Shown here: positions 25,111 through 36,640 of the stretch, one piece after another | How the letters are laid out: each line of letters begins with the position of its first letter | Numbering within the stretch: position 1 is the first letter of the stretch | Source: Mobula hypostoma | Lineage: Eukaryota | NCBI RefSeq assembly: GCF_963921235.1 | Contig: NC_086097.1 | Span: 135,844,001 to 135,908,000, forward strand | Direction of reading: 5' to 3' | Length of the DNA: 64,000 nt | Notes under the pieces: generated by a model | Told to the model about the DNA's origin: nothing | Seen by the model: only the letters and a program-made list of their open reading frames with translations | Databases searched by the model: none | Translations under genes and position numbers: made by a program

Positions 25111-26308
25111 GAATTCAGAATATTAATGAGTTCTTATGAGTTACGAGTTTTAGTTTATTGTCAGAGGCATACATACCCAGTGATAAATGCCACAAAAATG
25201 AGCTTTTTGCAGCAGTAGCTCATTACATTAAAAACATGAGAATCATAAATTAGATAAACTTAGAATAACATAAATTATACATAATGTACATTACAAAATA
25301 AACACAAATACACAAAATGATATTAGTGAAGTTGAGGGAATGTCTGACGTAGAGTTCAGAGTTTTCAGGAACCTGATGGCAATATGGAAGAACTTGCTGC
25401 TGAAGCTTGGGGTGTAGGTTTTCAGGTGTCTGTTTTCTCTGCCTGATAATACCATTCCTGAGGGAATCTGCAGATGCTGGAGATCCAAAGCAACACACAC
25501 AAAATGCTGGAGGAACTCAGCAGGCCATGGAGTCCGGTTTTGAGCATGTGTCCGACCTGTAACTGGGTCATCAGTACAATAGTCAATAGACAATAGGTGC
25601 AGGAGTAGGCCATTCAGCCCTTCGAGCCAGCACCACCATTCACTGTGATCATGGCTGATCATCCACAATCAGTACCCCGTTCCTGCCTTCTCCCCATATC
25701 CCTTGACCAGGGACGCTAGCCTGGGAGAGGAAGCTGATGTTGCCTCATTTATCTTTCCAGTGATTTTGGAGGATTTTGAGGTGATCAGTGCGGGGGAATA
25801 CGAGAGTAAATTGGTAATTTTGTTTATTATTGTCGCATGCACAGAGGCACAGTGAAAAACTTTGTTTTGTATACCATCACAATAGCACATTGAAGTAGAA
25901 CAAGTGAAATCAATATTAGAATGCAGAATAAAGTGAAGGAGTAGAGTGCAGACAGGCAAAAAGATGCAAGGCCCTAACAAGGAAGCTTGTGAGATCAAGT
26001 GTCATTCTTGTCATTTTAGGGGACCATTCAATAGCCTTGCAATGACTATTAATTGTAAGGTTATTGAATGATCCCCTTAGGATAGAAGCTGTCCTTGAGC
26101 CTCGTGATAAATGCTTTCAGGCTTTTGTACCTTCTGTCTGATGTGCGTGGGGAGAAGTTAGAATGACCAGCGAAGGTGGGGTAGGTGCTGAGATTATGCA
26201 AATTCTTCCTGTCTGGATATCTTGCTGTGTGGAGGCAACTTCATCCCCACTTGGCAATCATTTTCACTCTGCAGAGGTAGCATGGAGTAAGGTTGCAATC
26301 TGGCTTGT

Positions 26309-26310
<2 letters not shown>

Positions 26311-26355
<45 letters not shown>

Positions 26356-26530
26356 TGTGAGCGAGATTGTGTGTGTGCACGTGTGTGTGTATGTGCATTC
26401 GTGTGTGTGAGAGAATCTGTGTGCATTCATGTGTGTGTGTGTCTGTGTGGTGTGTGTGTTTGTGTGCATTCATGTGTGTGAGAGAGTTTGTGTGTGTGTG
26501 TGTGTGTGTGTGTATATGGTTGTGTGTGTT

Positions 26531-26565
<35 letters not shown>

Positions 26566-26768
26566 GTTTGTGTGTTTGTGTTTGTGTGCACTCGTGTGTG
26601 TGTGAGAGAGTTTGTGTGTGTGTATATGGGGTGTGTGTGTGTTTGGGTTTGTGTGTGAGTGTGTATGTGAATGTGTGTGTGTTTGTGTGTGTGTGGTGTG
26701 TGTGTATTTGTGTGTGCGGTGTGTGTTTGTGTGTGTGTGTGTGTGTATTTGTGTGTGCGGTGTGTGTT

Positions 26769-26812
<44 letters not shown>

Positions 26813-26828
26813 TGTGTGCGCGCACGCA
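26311..26828 (+). repeat. Long imperfect (GT)n microsatellite
   Basis: About 520 bp of alternating GT with higher-order internal duplications, ending GCGCGCACGC. Confidence 0.97.
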
Positions 26829-27103
26829 GTTGACTTTCTTTCAGCATGCCCCACTGCTGTGACATGCTGACAAGATGGAGCAGTATCTGATGGAGGGCTG
26901 AAGGTGCCACCACTGGCCTGGGCCAATGGTAGGTGAGGAAACCACAACTTCCACAGAACAAGCGGTCCTGGCATTAGCTCCAGTGTCTGACCCAATGAAC
27001 ATGAAGGAAAATACAACAGCGATGAGGAAATGTGGCATTGTTTTCTCTTGGGTGCTGACCACAGCAGATGTACTGTACTATCACTTTCTGCTTGACCACT
27101 TAC

Positions 27104-27431
27104 TGCTTCTGATATAACAAGTGCTGATAAGGTATCCAGACTATCAGGAAGACTTCAAACACGAGCAATTCTGCAGATGCTGAAAATTCAAGCAACACAC
27201 ATCAAAGTTGCTGGTGAACGCAACAGGCCAGGTACCTCTTCCTAGAGATGCTGCCTGGCCTGCTGCTTTCACCAGCAACTTTGATGTGTCAAAGTTATCA
27301 GGAAGACTTGCCTTGCACTGGAATTGACACAGCTCTTGTATGGAGCACAGACAGGAAGAACATGCCTCGCTGCTGTTTGAGCTCTTTAACTCCAGCACTT
27401 GAAACATCAAACTCTGTGCAGAAGCAGATGC
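27104..27431 (-). pseudogene. 174-nt phase 0-0 exon disrupted by a 154-bp fold-back insertion
   Basis: AG at 27432-27433; GTAAGT at 27098-27103; with 27156-27309 removed it reads open: ASASAQSLMFQVLELKSSNSSEACSSCLCSIQELCQFQCKASLPDSLDTLSALVISEA. Confidence 0.55.
27156..27295. mobile_element. Fold-back Penelope pLTR-derived element lacking the hammerhead
   Basis: TSD TATCAGGAAGACTT at 27142-27155 and 27296-27309; arms ACACATCAAAGTTGCTGGTGAA / TTCACCAGCAACTTTGATGTGT. Confidence 0.9.
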
Positions 27432-27700
27432 CTGAATCAGAACTGAATTATTCCCAACTGCATTGAAGTGGTTTAGCAGACTAAATGATCTTTTTGTTGA
27501 AAGCCCCTATTCCCCTTGCGATGACTCACCCGAAGGGCAGAACCAAAGTTTTAAACTATTGTGCAACAGCAAACACTTCAATACTCAGTAACTCTTTGAT
27601 AACAGTTCGAATGGCAAATTACTACCAGGTGATAATTAAATCTGGAAATGCCTTTCTTAACTTTTGTTCTTTCTTATGTCTGACTCTTTTCTCTAAGGTA

Positions 27701-29322
27701 CAGTGGCATGCAAAAGTTTGGGCACCCCGGTCAAAATGTCTGTTGCTGTGAATAGCTAACTGAGTAAAGGATGACTTGATTTCCAAAAGGCATAAAGTTA
27801 AAGATGGCACATTTCTTTAATATTTTAAGCAAGATTACTTTTTTATTTCCATCTTTTACAGTTTCAAAATAACAAAAAAGGGAAAGGGCCCGAAGCAAAA
27901 ATTTGGGCACCCTGCATGGTCAGTACTTAGTAACACCCCCTTTGGCAAGTATCACAGCTTGTAAACGCTTTCTGTAGCCAGCTAAGAGTCTTTCAATTCT
28001 TGTTTGAGGGATTTTCGCTCATTCTTCCTTGCAAAAGGCTTCTAGTTCTGTGAGATTCTTGGGCCATCTTGCATGCACTGCTCTTTCAAGGTCTATCCAC
28101 AGATTTTCGATGATGTTTACGTCGGGGGACTGTGAGGGCCATGGAAAAACCTTCAGCTTGCGCCTCTTGAGGTAGTCCATTGTGGATTTTGTGGTGTGTT
28201 TAGGATCATTATCCTGATGTAGAAGCCTCCCTCTTTTCATCTTCAGCTTTTTTTTGACAGACAGTGTGATGCTTGCTTCCAGAATTTGCTGGTATTTAAT
28301 TGAATTCAATCTTCTCTCTACCAGTGAAATGTTCCCCATGCCACTGGCTGCAACACAAGCCCAAAGCATGATCGATCCACCCCTGTGCTTAACAGTTGGA
28401 GAAGTGTTTTTTTCATGAAATTCTGCACCCTTTTTTCTCCAAACATACCTTTGCTCATTGCATCCAAAAAGTTCTATTTTAACTTCATCAGTCCACAGGA
28501 CTTGTTTCCAAAATGCATCAGGCTTGTTTAGATGTTCCTTTGCAAACTTCTGATGCTGAATTTTGTGGTGAGGATGCAGGAAAGGTTTTCTTCTGATGAC
28601 TCTTCCATGAAGGTCATATTTGTGCAGGTGTTGCTGCACAGTAGAACAGTGCACCACCACTCCAGAGTCTGCTAAATCTTCCTGAAGGTCTTTTGCAGTC
28701 AAACGGGGGTTCTGATTTGCCTTTCCAGCAATCTTACGAGCTGTTCTCTTGGAAAGTTTTCTTGGTCTTCCAGGCTTCCACTTGACCTCCACTGTTCCTG
28801 TTAACTGCCATTTCTTAATTACATTACAAACTGAGGAAATGGCTACCTGAAAACACTTTGCTATCTTCTTGTAGCCTTCTCCTGCTTTGTGGGCATCACT
28901 TATTTAATTTTCAGAGTGCTAGGCAGCTGCTTAGAGGAGCCCATGGCTGCTGATTGTTGGGACAAGGTTTGAGGAGTCAGGATATTTATAAAGTTTTGAA
29001 ATTTGCATTACCTGGCCTTTCCAATGACTGTGAACAAGCCATAGCCCTAACAAGCTAATTAAGGTCTGAGACCTTGGTAAAAGTTATCTGAGAGCTCAAA
29101 TCTCTTGGGGTGCCCAAACTTTTGCATGGTGCTCCTTTCCTTTTTTTCCCACTTTAAAATTGTACAAAACAAAAATAATACACTAATCCTGTTTAAAATG
29201 TTGAAAAGAATGTTTCATCTTTAACTTTATGACTTTTGGGAATTAGTTCATCTTCTACTCACTTAACTATTCACAGTAACAGAAATTTTGATCAAGGGAG
29301 CCCAAACTTTTGCATGCCACTG
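27701..29322 (-). mobile_element. Complete Tc1-like DNA transposon, IR/DR type, 1622 bp
   Basis: TA TSDs (27699-27700, 29323-29324); termini CAGTGGCATGCAAAAGTTTGGG; inner repeats at about 27895-27912 and 29108-29125. Confidence 0.97.
27920..28944 (-). pseudogene. Tc1 DD34E transposase with a frameshift (about 28905) and a premature stop (28019-28021)
   Basis: MGSSKQLP..GEGYKKI, GRPRK, WTDE, QDND-34aa-E (SPDVNIIEN); C-terminus VILAKGGVTKY*. Confidence 0.93.
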
Positions 29323-29717
29323 TAATAACTTATCACTCCATTGCGGGTCTGGACCTTGAGTAATCTCAGGCTATTTGACTGTGGGCAACGTTGACAAGCT
29401 TCAACAACTCCTCAGCTCATTTCACCACTGTAAACTCTCACAGCACCAAGCCGACCATCTGGCCAATCAAGCCTCTGCTTATTCTTTGAATCAGCCTCTC
29501 TCCCTGCTCTTTATCCTACAGTGCTGCACCCTTCTCTCTTTCGAGAAAGTTTTGAAAGTTCCTGTTCAACATATTCTTATCAGGTACCAATTTCCCAACC
29601 ACAATGGCTCCCTGCTGAAAAGCCTCCACCTGCCCCTCTCCAGTGCTGTAGATAACTCAGTACATGAGACAATATCAAACCAATTCTCCAGTGTACCATT
29701 TTAACCAGAATGACTGT

Positions 29718-29918
29718 AAACTTCACCCTCCTGGAAACAGAGAAGTTCAATAAGCCCAATGTGGAAGTGGTAAATGTCGTGCTTGGAAACTATAATCTGG
29801 AGTTGTCTTTAAAATTTTTTCAACCATTGGGTCTGCTTTGTTTTAATACCGGTGCCCAGGCCAATATTAGTCCCTTGATTAATGTGACAAAATTAAAGAA
29901 CAAATCACTATCACATTC
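29718..29918 (-). pseudogene. Probable exon remnant
   Basis: Acceptor GTGTTTAG at about 29919; ECDSDLFFNFVTLIKG and frameshifted TQWLKKF*RQLQIIVSKHDIYHF. Confidence 0.3.
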
Positions 29919-31479
29919 CTAAACACACACCTCTCAGCTGGCCTGCCGCTTTATCCCTACATTACAGTAGTGGTCATCACAGGAGCTCGACAAGTACAGC
30001 TACTTGTCACAGTTCCCATGACTCAGGTTCAATCCTCTCCTCTGGAACATGTGAAGTTTACATGTTCTATTGCATTTCCTCCCACATCCCAAAGACAAGC
30101 AGGTTGGTGGATTAATTGGCCACTGTAAATTGCCTCTAATAGGTCGGAAGTAAGGGGGAGTTTGGAGCGTTAAGGGTGAGGAAATAGGTTACAGGGAAGT
30201 AAGTGGGAGAGTGAGTCAAGTGTGCTGAGAGCCCAGAGCTTTATCATGTCCTTTTACCATTGCAGCTTATGACCAGCTAGGCAAAATTGTCAATTCACAG
30301 TGGAATCCCAAAAGCAGAACCAATAACATTTTGATTTTGAGCATTATAGCTTATAGCTGCTTTAAAAGTTAAAACTGGTAATGCATGCAGGGAAGACTTA
30401 GCTAATCTTAGCTAATGCAGGACATCAAATTTCACGCCCAGCTGTCACTTTTTTCTTCAGTTTCAACCAGTAAGTTTTGGGGATAAGTCCATTAGGAAAT
30501 GCTGAGCTGTTCCCACCACCTCCAGATTTTGTTACTGTGTATAATTGTTTGTGACTTGGACAGCTTCAGTCTGCCAAACGTTATTGTGTTTGACATTCGT
30601 TCCTATATAACAGTCTCTGCGCTCCATAAACACACCACCCTGTCTTTACAAAACAGAACCGGTCACTAGCCCCTTGACTTTCCCTGTCAAGGCTATGATT
30701 TCATTGCCTACGTCCAGATTCCTTGAAGTGACAGGATAGGTTAAACCTCTATGCCCACACTCTGGGGCGCATGTCTAAATATTTATACCATACATATAGG
30801 AGAAAAAGAATATGACTAATGACTTGAGACATTATTCCTATAAGATCACATTTCTCAAAGACTGCCTGGGTATCCTTGAATTGTCTACCATAACTGTAAA
30901 GAAGGCTGACATAAACTTGGAAGATGAAGGAAGTCTACCAACCCAGTGAAAACGTTGATTTTCAAGGCAACTGTCAAACATTTTGACACCAAAATGAGAC
31001 TGAATATTTATGTCTTTGTGAGACAAAAGCCCACCATGTCTTGCCTCCGATTTCATCTCCTATCTGATGTAAAACAAGCTTCAATTCAAGGCAGCGCCAG
31101 GAAGAATTTCAGAACCAAAGACCAATTGCAGCAGCTTCAACTGTAATTCTGTGGTGAATTTTTCTGTCATGTAAGGGTCCCAAGGTCAGCATGTACTGCA
31201 CAGTACATGCCTTTGAAAAGTCAAAGTTGTGTTTAATATCATATGCACAAGTACATGTCAGCACAGGTGCAATGAAAACCTTGCTTGGAGCAACCTCACA
31301 GGCGCAGAGTATCATACACTACAAGCACCATAGTATTGCTATTCTGAGGTAGTGACTATGGTTGTGCAGGTTGGTTCAACAACAGAATGAAGGAAAGGAG
31401 GTGTCCTTGAACTTGGTGGTGTGGAACTTCAGAATTCTGCATTCCCTGACTGATGGTAGCTATGAGCTACGGAGGCACC

Positions 31480-32740
31480 TGATAAAATAGGCCATGGTTT
31501 CCTTAAGCAAAAATCTTGCTTGACAAATCTGTTGGAATTCCTTGTGGAAATAACAATTAGCATGTACAAAGGACAATCGGTGGATGTTTTGTACATGGAT
31601 TTTGGAGGGCTTTTGGCAGGGTGTCGCACATAACACTGCTTAGCAAGATAAGAGCCCATGGTATTATAGGAAAGATTTTGGCATGGATAGAGCATTTGCT
31701 GATTGGCAGGAGGCAAAGAGCAGGAATAAAGGAAGCCTTTTCTGATTGGCTGCCAAGTGTCAGTGTTGGGACTGCTTCTTTTTCTGTTGTATGTCAATGA
31801 TTTGGATGATGGAATTATTGGCTTTGTGGCTAAGTTTGCTGACAATACGAAGATAGCTGGAGGGGCAAGTGATGTTGAGGAAGCAGGAAAGCTGCAGAAG
31901 GACTTGGGCAGATTGGGAGAATGGGCGGTGAAGTGGCAGATGGAATACAGTGTTGGGAAGTGCATGGACGTGCTCTTTGGTTTAAGGAATAATAGCATGG
32001 ACTGTTTTCTAAAATAGGAGAAAATTCAAAAATCTGAAGTGCAAAGGGTCATGTAGGATTCCAAAAGGGTTATTTGCAGGTTGAGACAGTGGTGAAGAAG
32101 GCAAATGCAATGCTAGCATTCATTTCAAGAGGACTAAAATATAAAAGAACGGATGTAATGCTGAAGCTTTATAAGGCACTGGTGAGGACTCAGTTGGAAT
32201 ATTGTGAGAGTTTTGGGCCCTTTATCTAAAAAAGGACGTGCCGACATTGGAAAGAGTTCAGAGGAGTTTCATGATAATGATTCTGGGAATGAATGAGTTA
32301 TCGTATGAGGAGTGTTTGATGGCTCTGGACCTGTACTTGCTGGAATTTAGAAGGGGGGGGGATCTCATTAAAATGTAACAAATATTGAAATGCCTAGATA
32401 GAGTGGATGTGGAGAGGATGTTTCCTATAGTGTGGGAGTCCGAGACCAGAGGCACCAGCTTCAGAATAGAGGGACATTTATTTATATCGGAGATAAGGAG
32501 GAATTTCATTAGCCAAAGGGCAACAATTCTGTGAAATTCATTGCCACAGTTGGCTGTGGAGGCCAGGTCATTGGGTGTGTTTAAGGCGGAGGGTGATAGG
32601 CTCTTGAGTAGTCATGGCATGAAGGGATACGGGGAGAAGGCAAGACATGGGGGCAGAAAGGGAAATAGATCAGTCATGATGAAATGGAGGAGCAGACTCA
32701 ATGGCCTAATTCTGTTTCTTTGTCTTATGACCTTGTGACC
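31480..32740 (+). mobile_element. CR1 LINE RT 3' half, degenerate, nested in a minus-strand Rex1 fragment (about 31220-31460 and 32755-32990)
   Basis: KSCLTNLLEF, YVNDLD and KFADN motifs. Confidence 0.85.
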
Positions 32741-33063
32741 TTGCTTCCATGTAAATACTTCTGATGGTGGGTGGGGATATGCCAGATATATACTGGACGG
32801 AGACCACTACTCTCTGCTGCTTCTTATGTTCCTGCACACTCAAATTACTGTACCAGAATATGATGTAAACAGTCAGGATACATTCAAAAGTACATCTGTA
32901 GAAATCAGTATTCAGTCACATACCAAAGCTACTTAACCTTCCAAGAAAGTAAAGATGCTGGTGAGCCTTTCTTGCGATTACATCTGTGAAGAGGTGTACC
33001 GCTGCTTTCTTGAACCTTAAAGTGTTGTAGAGGAAGTCCCAACGTTTAGACCGAGTGATGATA

Positions 33064-34474
33064 CAGGTTTCCCCCCCAAAGGTAGAACGTTCCCATGAAA
33101 CGGTTCGTAAACCGGAATGTCATAAAGTGAATAAGCGATTACCATTTATTAATATGGGAAAAATATTTGAGCGTTCCCAGACCCAAAAATAACCTACAAA
33201 AATCATGCCAAATAGCACAAAAAACCTAAAATAACAGTAACATATAGCAAAAGCAGGAATGATATGATAAATACACAGACTAAATAGAGTAGAAATACTT
33301 TTCTGCAGCACTGTCTAGCGCAGCACTCTCAGCAGACGCGCTCTCAGCAGAAACACTCTCTCCAGTAACCTTTAAGCTACAGAGCTGCCAAATCATACCA
33401 AATAACACATAATGGCCTACTTCTGCTCCTTTGTCTTATGGTCTGATGGTCTTATAAAAATACACAGCCTATATAAAGTAAAAATAATCTATGTACAGTG
33501 TAGTTTCACTTACCGGAATCAGGAAGACTCCAATAAATTGCAGTTTCATCACAGTTAAACACTTGCTTATACGAATAATCACCCGACGCAATGGGCAATC
33601 GCCTCTGATCTGGGCTGACATTTACATGCCGGGCGGTACCTAATTAATTAGCTTGTCTATTTCGGCTTTTTTCTTAAAGATGTGCTGGGTGTGTTCCGAC
33701 TACCGCTGTACCGCTGCATTCTTCGCAGCCCGGTATTGGTCCACGACCCGGACGTTGGGGACCACTGCTTAAACTATGAAGCTGCCCTTGCCTCAGAAAC
33801 CGATCAAACCACCCATGACCACCTCCAAATTCCACTTTTTGCAACACTTTCATCACCATTGTCCAGTGCTTTCTGTTCCAGCTTATTGAAAAAACTGACT
33901 GATTTCTCCTTAAGTATAAGAAAACTTAATGGAACACCACGCTTTGTTCACCCATCAATCCACTCAAGCAATAGACTTTCCATTTTATCCATTATTGGAT
34001 GCCGACTAAGAGAAACCACTTTGCTACGAGCAGAACCAACTGTAACATCGGCAGCTTTCAAAATTCTTTCTCTCTGCGTATAAATAGTGCAAATGGTGGA
34101 TGCAGACAAGTTCAACGCACGGACAAAGTCCTTACTTCGTTCACCATGATCAAAACGCTTAATTATGTCTAGTTTTTTGCTAAGTGTAATACCCTTACAA
34201 GCTCTTTTAGGCTTTTCTGATACCTTGGAACTCATCTTGCTAACGGATGCACAAAATAAATCAAGATAAAGCATGTGTTTAAGCAATGGCGGCTAGAATG
34301 CAGCTCCAGGGGAGGAGCTTGGCTGTTCGGGTGCGCGCTGCCTTTTATCATAACAGTGAAAACACCTTCTGTTAGCGAAAACAGGTAACTAATGTAGGTG
34401 TTTTGTAACAGTGAGGTGTTGTAAAGCGAATGTTTGGAAAACGGGGGTGGGGGGGGTGTGGATGGCGGCACCTG
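33064..34474 (-). mobile_element. Tigger/pogo-family internally deleted DNA transposon
   Basis: TA-CAGGT termini (TA at 33062-33063 and 34475-34476); N-terminal HTH-psq/CENP-B coding about 34235-33765 (KKLDIIKRF, MESLLLEWI, GHGWFDRF); no DDE domain. Confidence 0.85.
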
Positions 34475-36224
34475 TAAAGGAAAGGAGAAATACTTCTGTC
34501 AGGATGGGGTGATCCATATGTCTGTTGAGTTGGGAGATGTGGTTGGGGTAACCAAAGTGAGTAACTGCATTGCATTTTGTAAATGATGCATATTGCAGTC
34601 TTTATGTACCAGGGAAGGATGGAATGAAGATTTAGGGTGGTGGATGGGGTGTCAGTCAAAAGGGTTACTTTATCCGGGATTCAGACACATGTTGGCCTTG
34701 AACTTCTGGATGGTAGAGCCTATTGATTGGAGGTGTGATGTTCTAATATACTCAAAATAACAAAAGATTTATTATTCGGAAACGTCTCTACTTCAATTTA
34801 CACGGGGTAGTGAGGGGGTGGAAGTTGATCCATATTTCCTCAACCGAATGGAAACCCAATATCAAAAGCTATTGGTTTGAAATCCTGAAAGTTTGAGAGT
34901 GTTCCTTAAGAGTAAGGAAGAAGACAAAATCATTTTCCATCTCTTCTCCCCTCAGTTGTTTTAATAGATTCCAAAGAATGAACAGAAGTCTCAGACTCCG
35001 CTAGATTTTTAACTGGCAAGACTTCAGAGGAGAAGATTGGTATTACTTAAAATTCTTCTTCATCCAAAATTATCAAACATTCTGACAAAGAATTCCTGTT
35101 CTGAATCAAACATTTCATGTAAGAAATTATATCACTGTCTAGGAGAAGAAAAGGAAATGTTAGGGTAGTAAGATTTCTTGTCTAGAAATCAATATTAATC
35201 ATGTGTGTAGTATGCAGTGGAATGACCAACTGAATCACACAAAACTGCTGGTGAAATTGAGTGGACATGTGCTCAGTGCAAAGGCATTTTTTACAACATT
35301 GATAAAAAAAGGACCTGTTCCGATCCACTGAGAACTTCTCGACTAGCTCACAGTGAATATATTATTCCTGCCTTTGGATTGCTAGAAAACAACTTTTGCC
35401 CAAGGATAACAGCATCTGCAGATTATTTTGTGTTAACAACTCCAGGATTTCCAATCCAGAATTGTTGGTGAAATTCCTCTAACTAGGGAACATCTATACT
35501 CTGAATAGAATTATCTCAGTGTAATTAGGGAAGTTGAACTGTGTAAGGGTATTGACAGTGGTTATGTTGCCAGTGTGTTTGTGGGGATGATGAACTGGCA
35601 TCTCTCGAGTTGTCTGAGGCTGATGTTGCTGATATCACCACAATAATACTTTGAAGAACTTACTGTATTTGGATTACTTTTGGCATCACCAGGAGTCAAC
35701 ACTGACATTATCACTCCAAATCTTCAACTTCAAGTCTATTGTTGTCAATGGCATACATATAGAGGGTATAGATGCATTGAAAATGAACTTTTTGCAGCAG
35801 CAGCACAGGACAAATAAACATTGACATAAACTTAAGTTAACATAAATTAAACGTAACACCATGTTATAAGTAAATTATATGCACGCGTGCAAAATAATCA
35901 ACAAAATTTAACATAATGACAAAGATGTTCGCCAGGAAGTAACATGGCCTTGACGTTTGGTGACTTGTTGAAAGCTGATCTCTGCTGATCTACTAATCAA
36001 AGACTACTCCCACAGTTACAAGACTATTGAACAGACATCTTGTACATTTAGATGGACCCTTGAGCTTGTGATCTATCTGGTTTTGGCCTTGCACCTTATT
36101 GTCTGTCTCCATCACACTTTCTCTGCAACTACTCTATTCTGCATTCTGTTATGGTTTTCTCCTGTACCACCTCAATGTACTGATGTGACAAAATGATCTG
36201 TATGGATGGCAGACAAATCAAAGA

Positions 36225-36350
36225 GCTGATGAGGGGTCTTGGGCTGATATGCTGACTGCTTAGTCCCTCCAAGGATGCTGCTCAACTTGCTGATTTCCTC
36301 CAGCATTTTGTGTGTGTTGCTTAAGATTTCCAGCATCTGCAAAATCTCAC
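36225..36350 (+). mobile_element. Decayed Penelope pLTR-derived short element
   Basis: Begins CTGATGAGGGGTCTTGGGCTGATATGCTGACTG; ends CCAGCATCTGCA. Confidence 0.7.
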
Positions 36351-36640
36351 GCTCTTAAAGTTGTTCACTGTACCTTGGTACATGTGGCAGTAATAAACCA
36401 ACTTAGCATTTTACCAATAATGACTGCAAACTTCAACCTGTTAGAAACACACAAGCTTAATTAGCTCAATGTTATAGAGTCAAAGGGCTACAGAACACAG
36501 CAGTACAGATACAGGCTTGTCCCATCTACCTGCACCCACCATAGCGCTCTATATCTCATCCATGTGCCTATCCAAACCTCTTAGATGTTGCGATTGAACC
36601 CCCATCCACCACTTGCGCAGGCATCTCGTTCCACACCCAA

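Larger units (their letters stand above)
1..35720 (-). pseudogene. Candidate decayed multi-exon gene of the mesothelin/otoancorin/stereocilin superfamily (long fish-type mesothelin-like); runs off the left edge
   Basis: Minus-strand unique segments bounded by pyrimidine-rich AG and GTRAG sites, carrying stops, frameshifts and TE insertions. In order they translate to [97 protein letters not shown] and ARITHYLS. The motif order matches my recollection of mesothelin-like proteins; this was not searched. Confidence 0.5.

Noticed and set aside
26241..27016. His/Thr- and Cys/Val-rich ORFs up to 250 aa
   Set aside because: Translations of (GT)n/(CA)n
34956..35118. Plus-strand exon with good splice sites
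   Set aside because: The frames I read contain stops, and the minus-strand reading (IISYMK..WMKKNF) fits the neighbouring remnants better; still ambiguous
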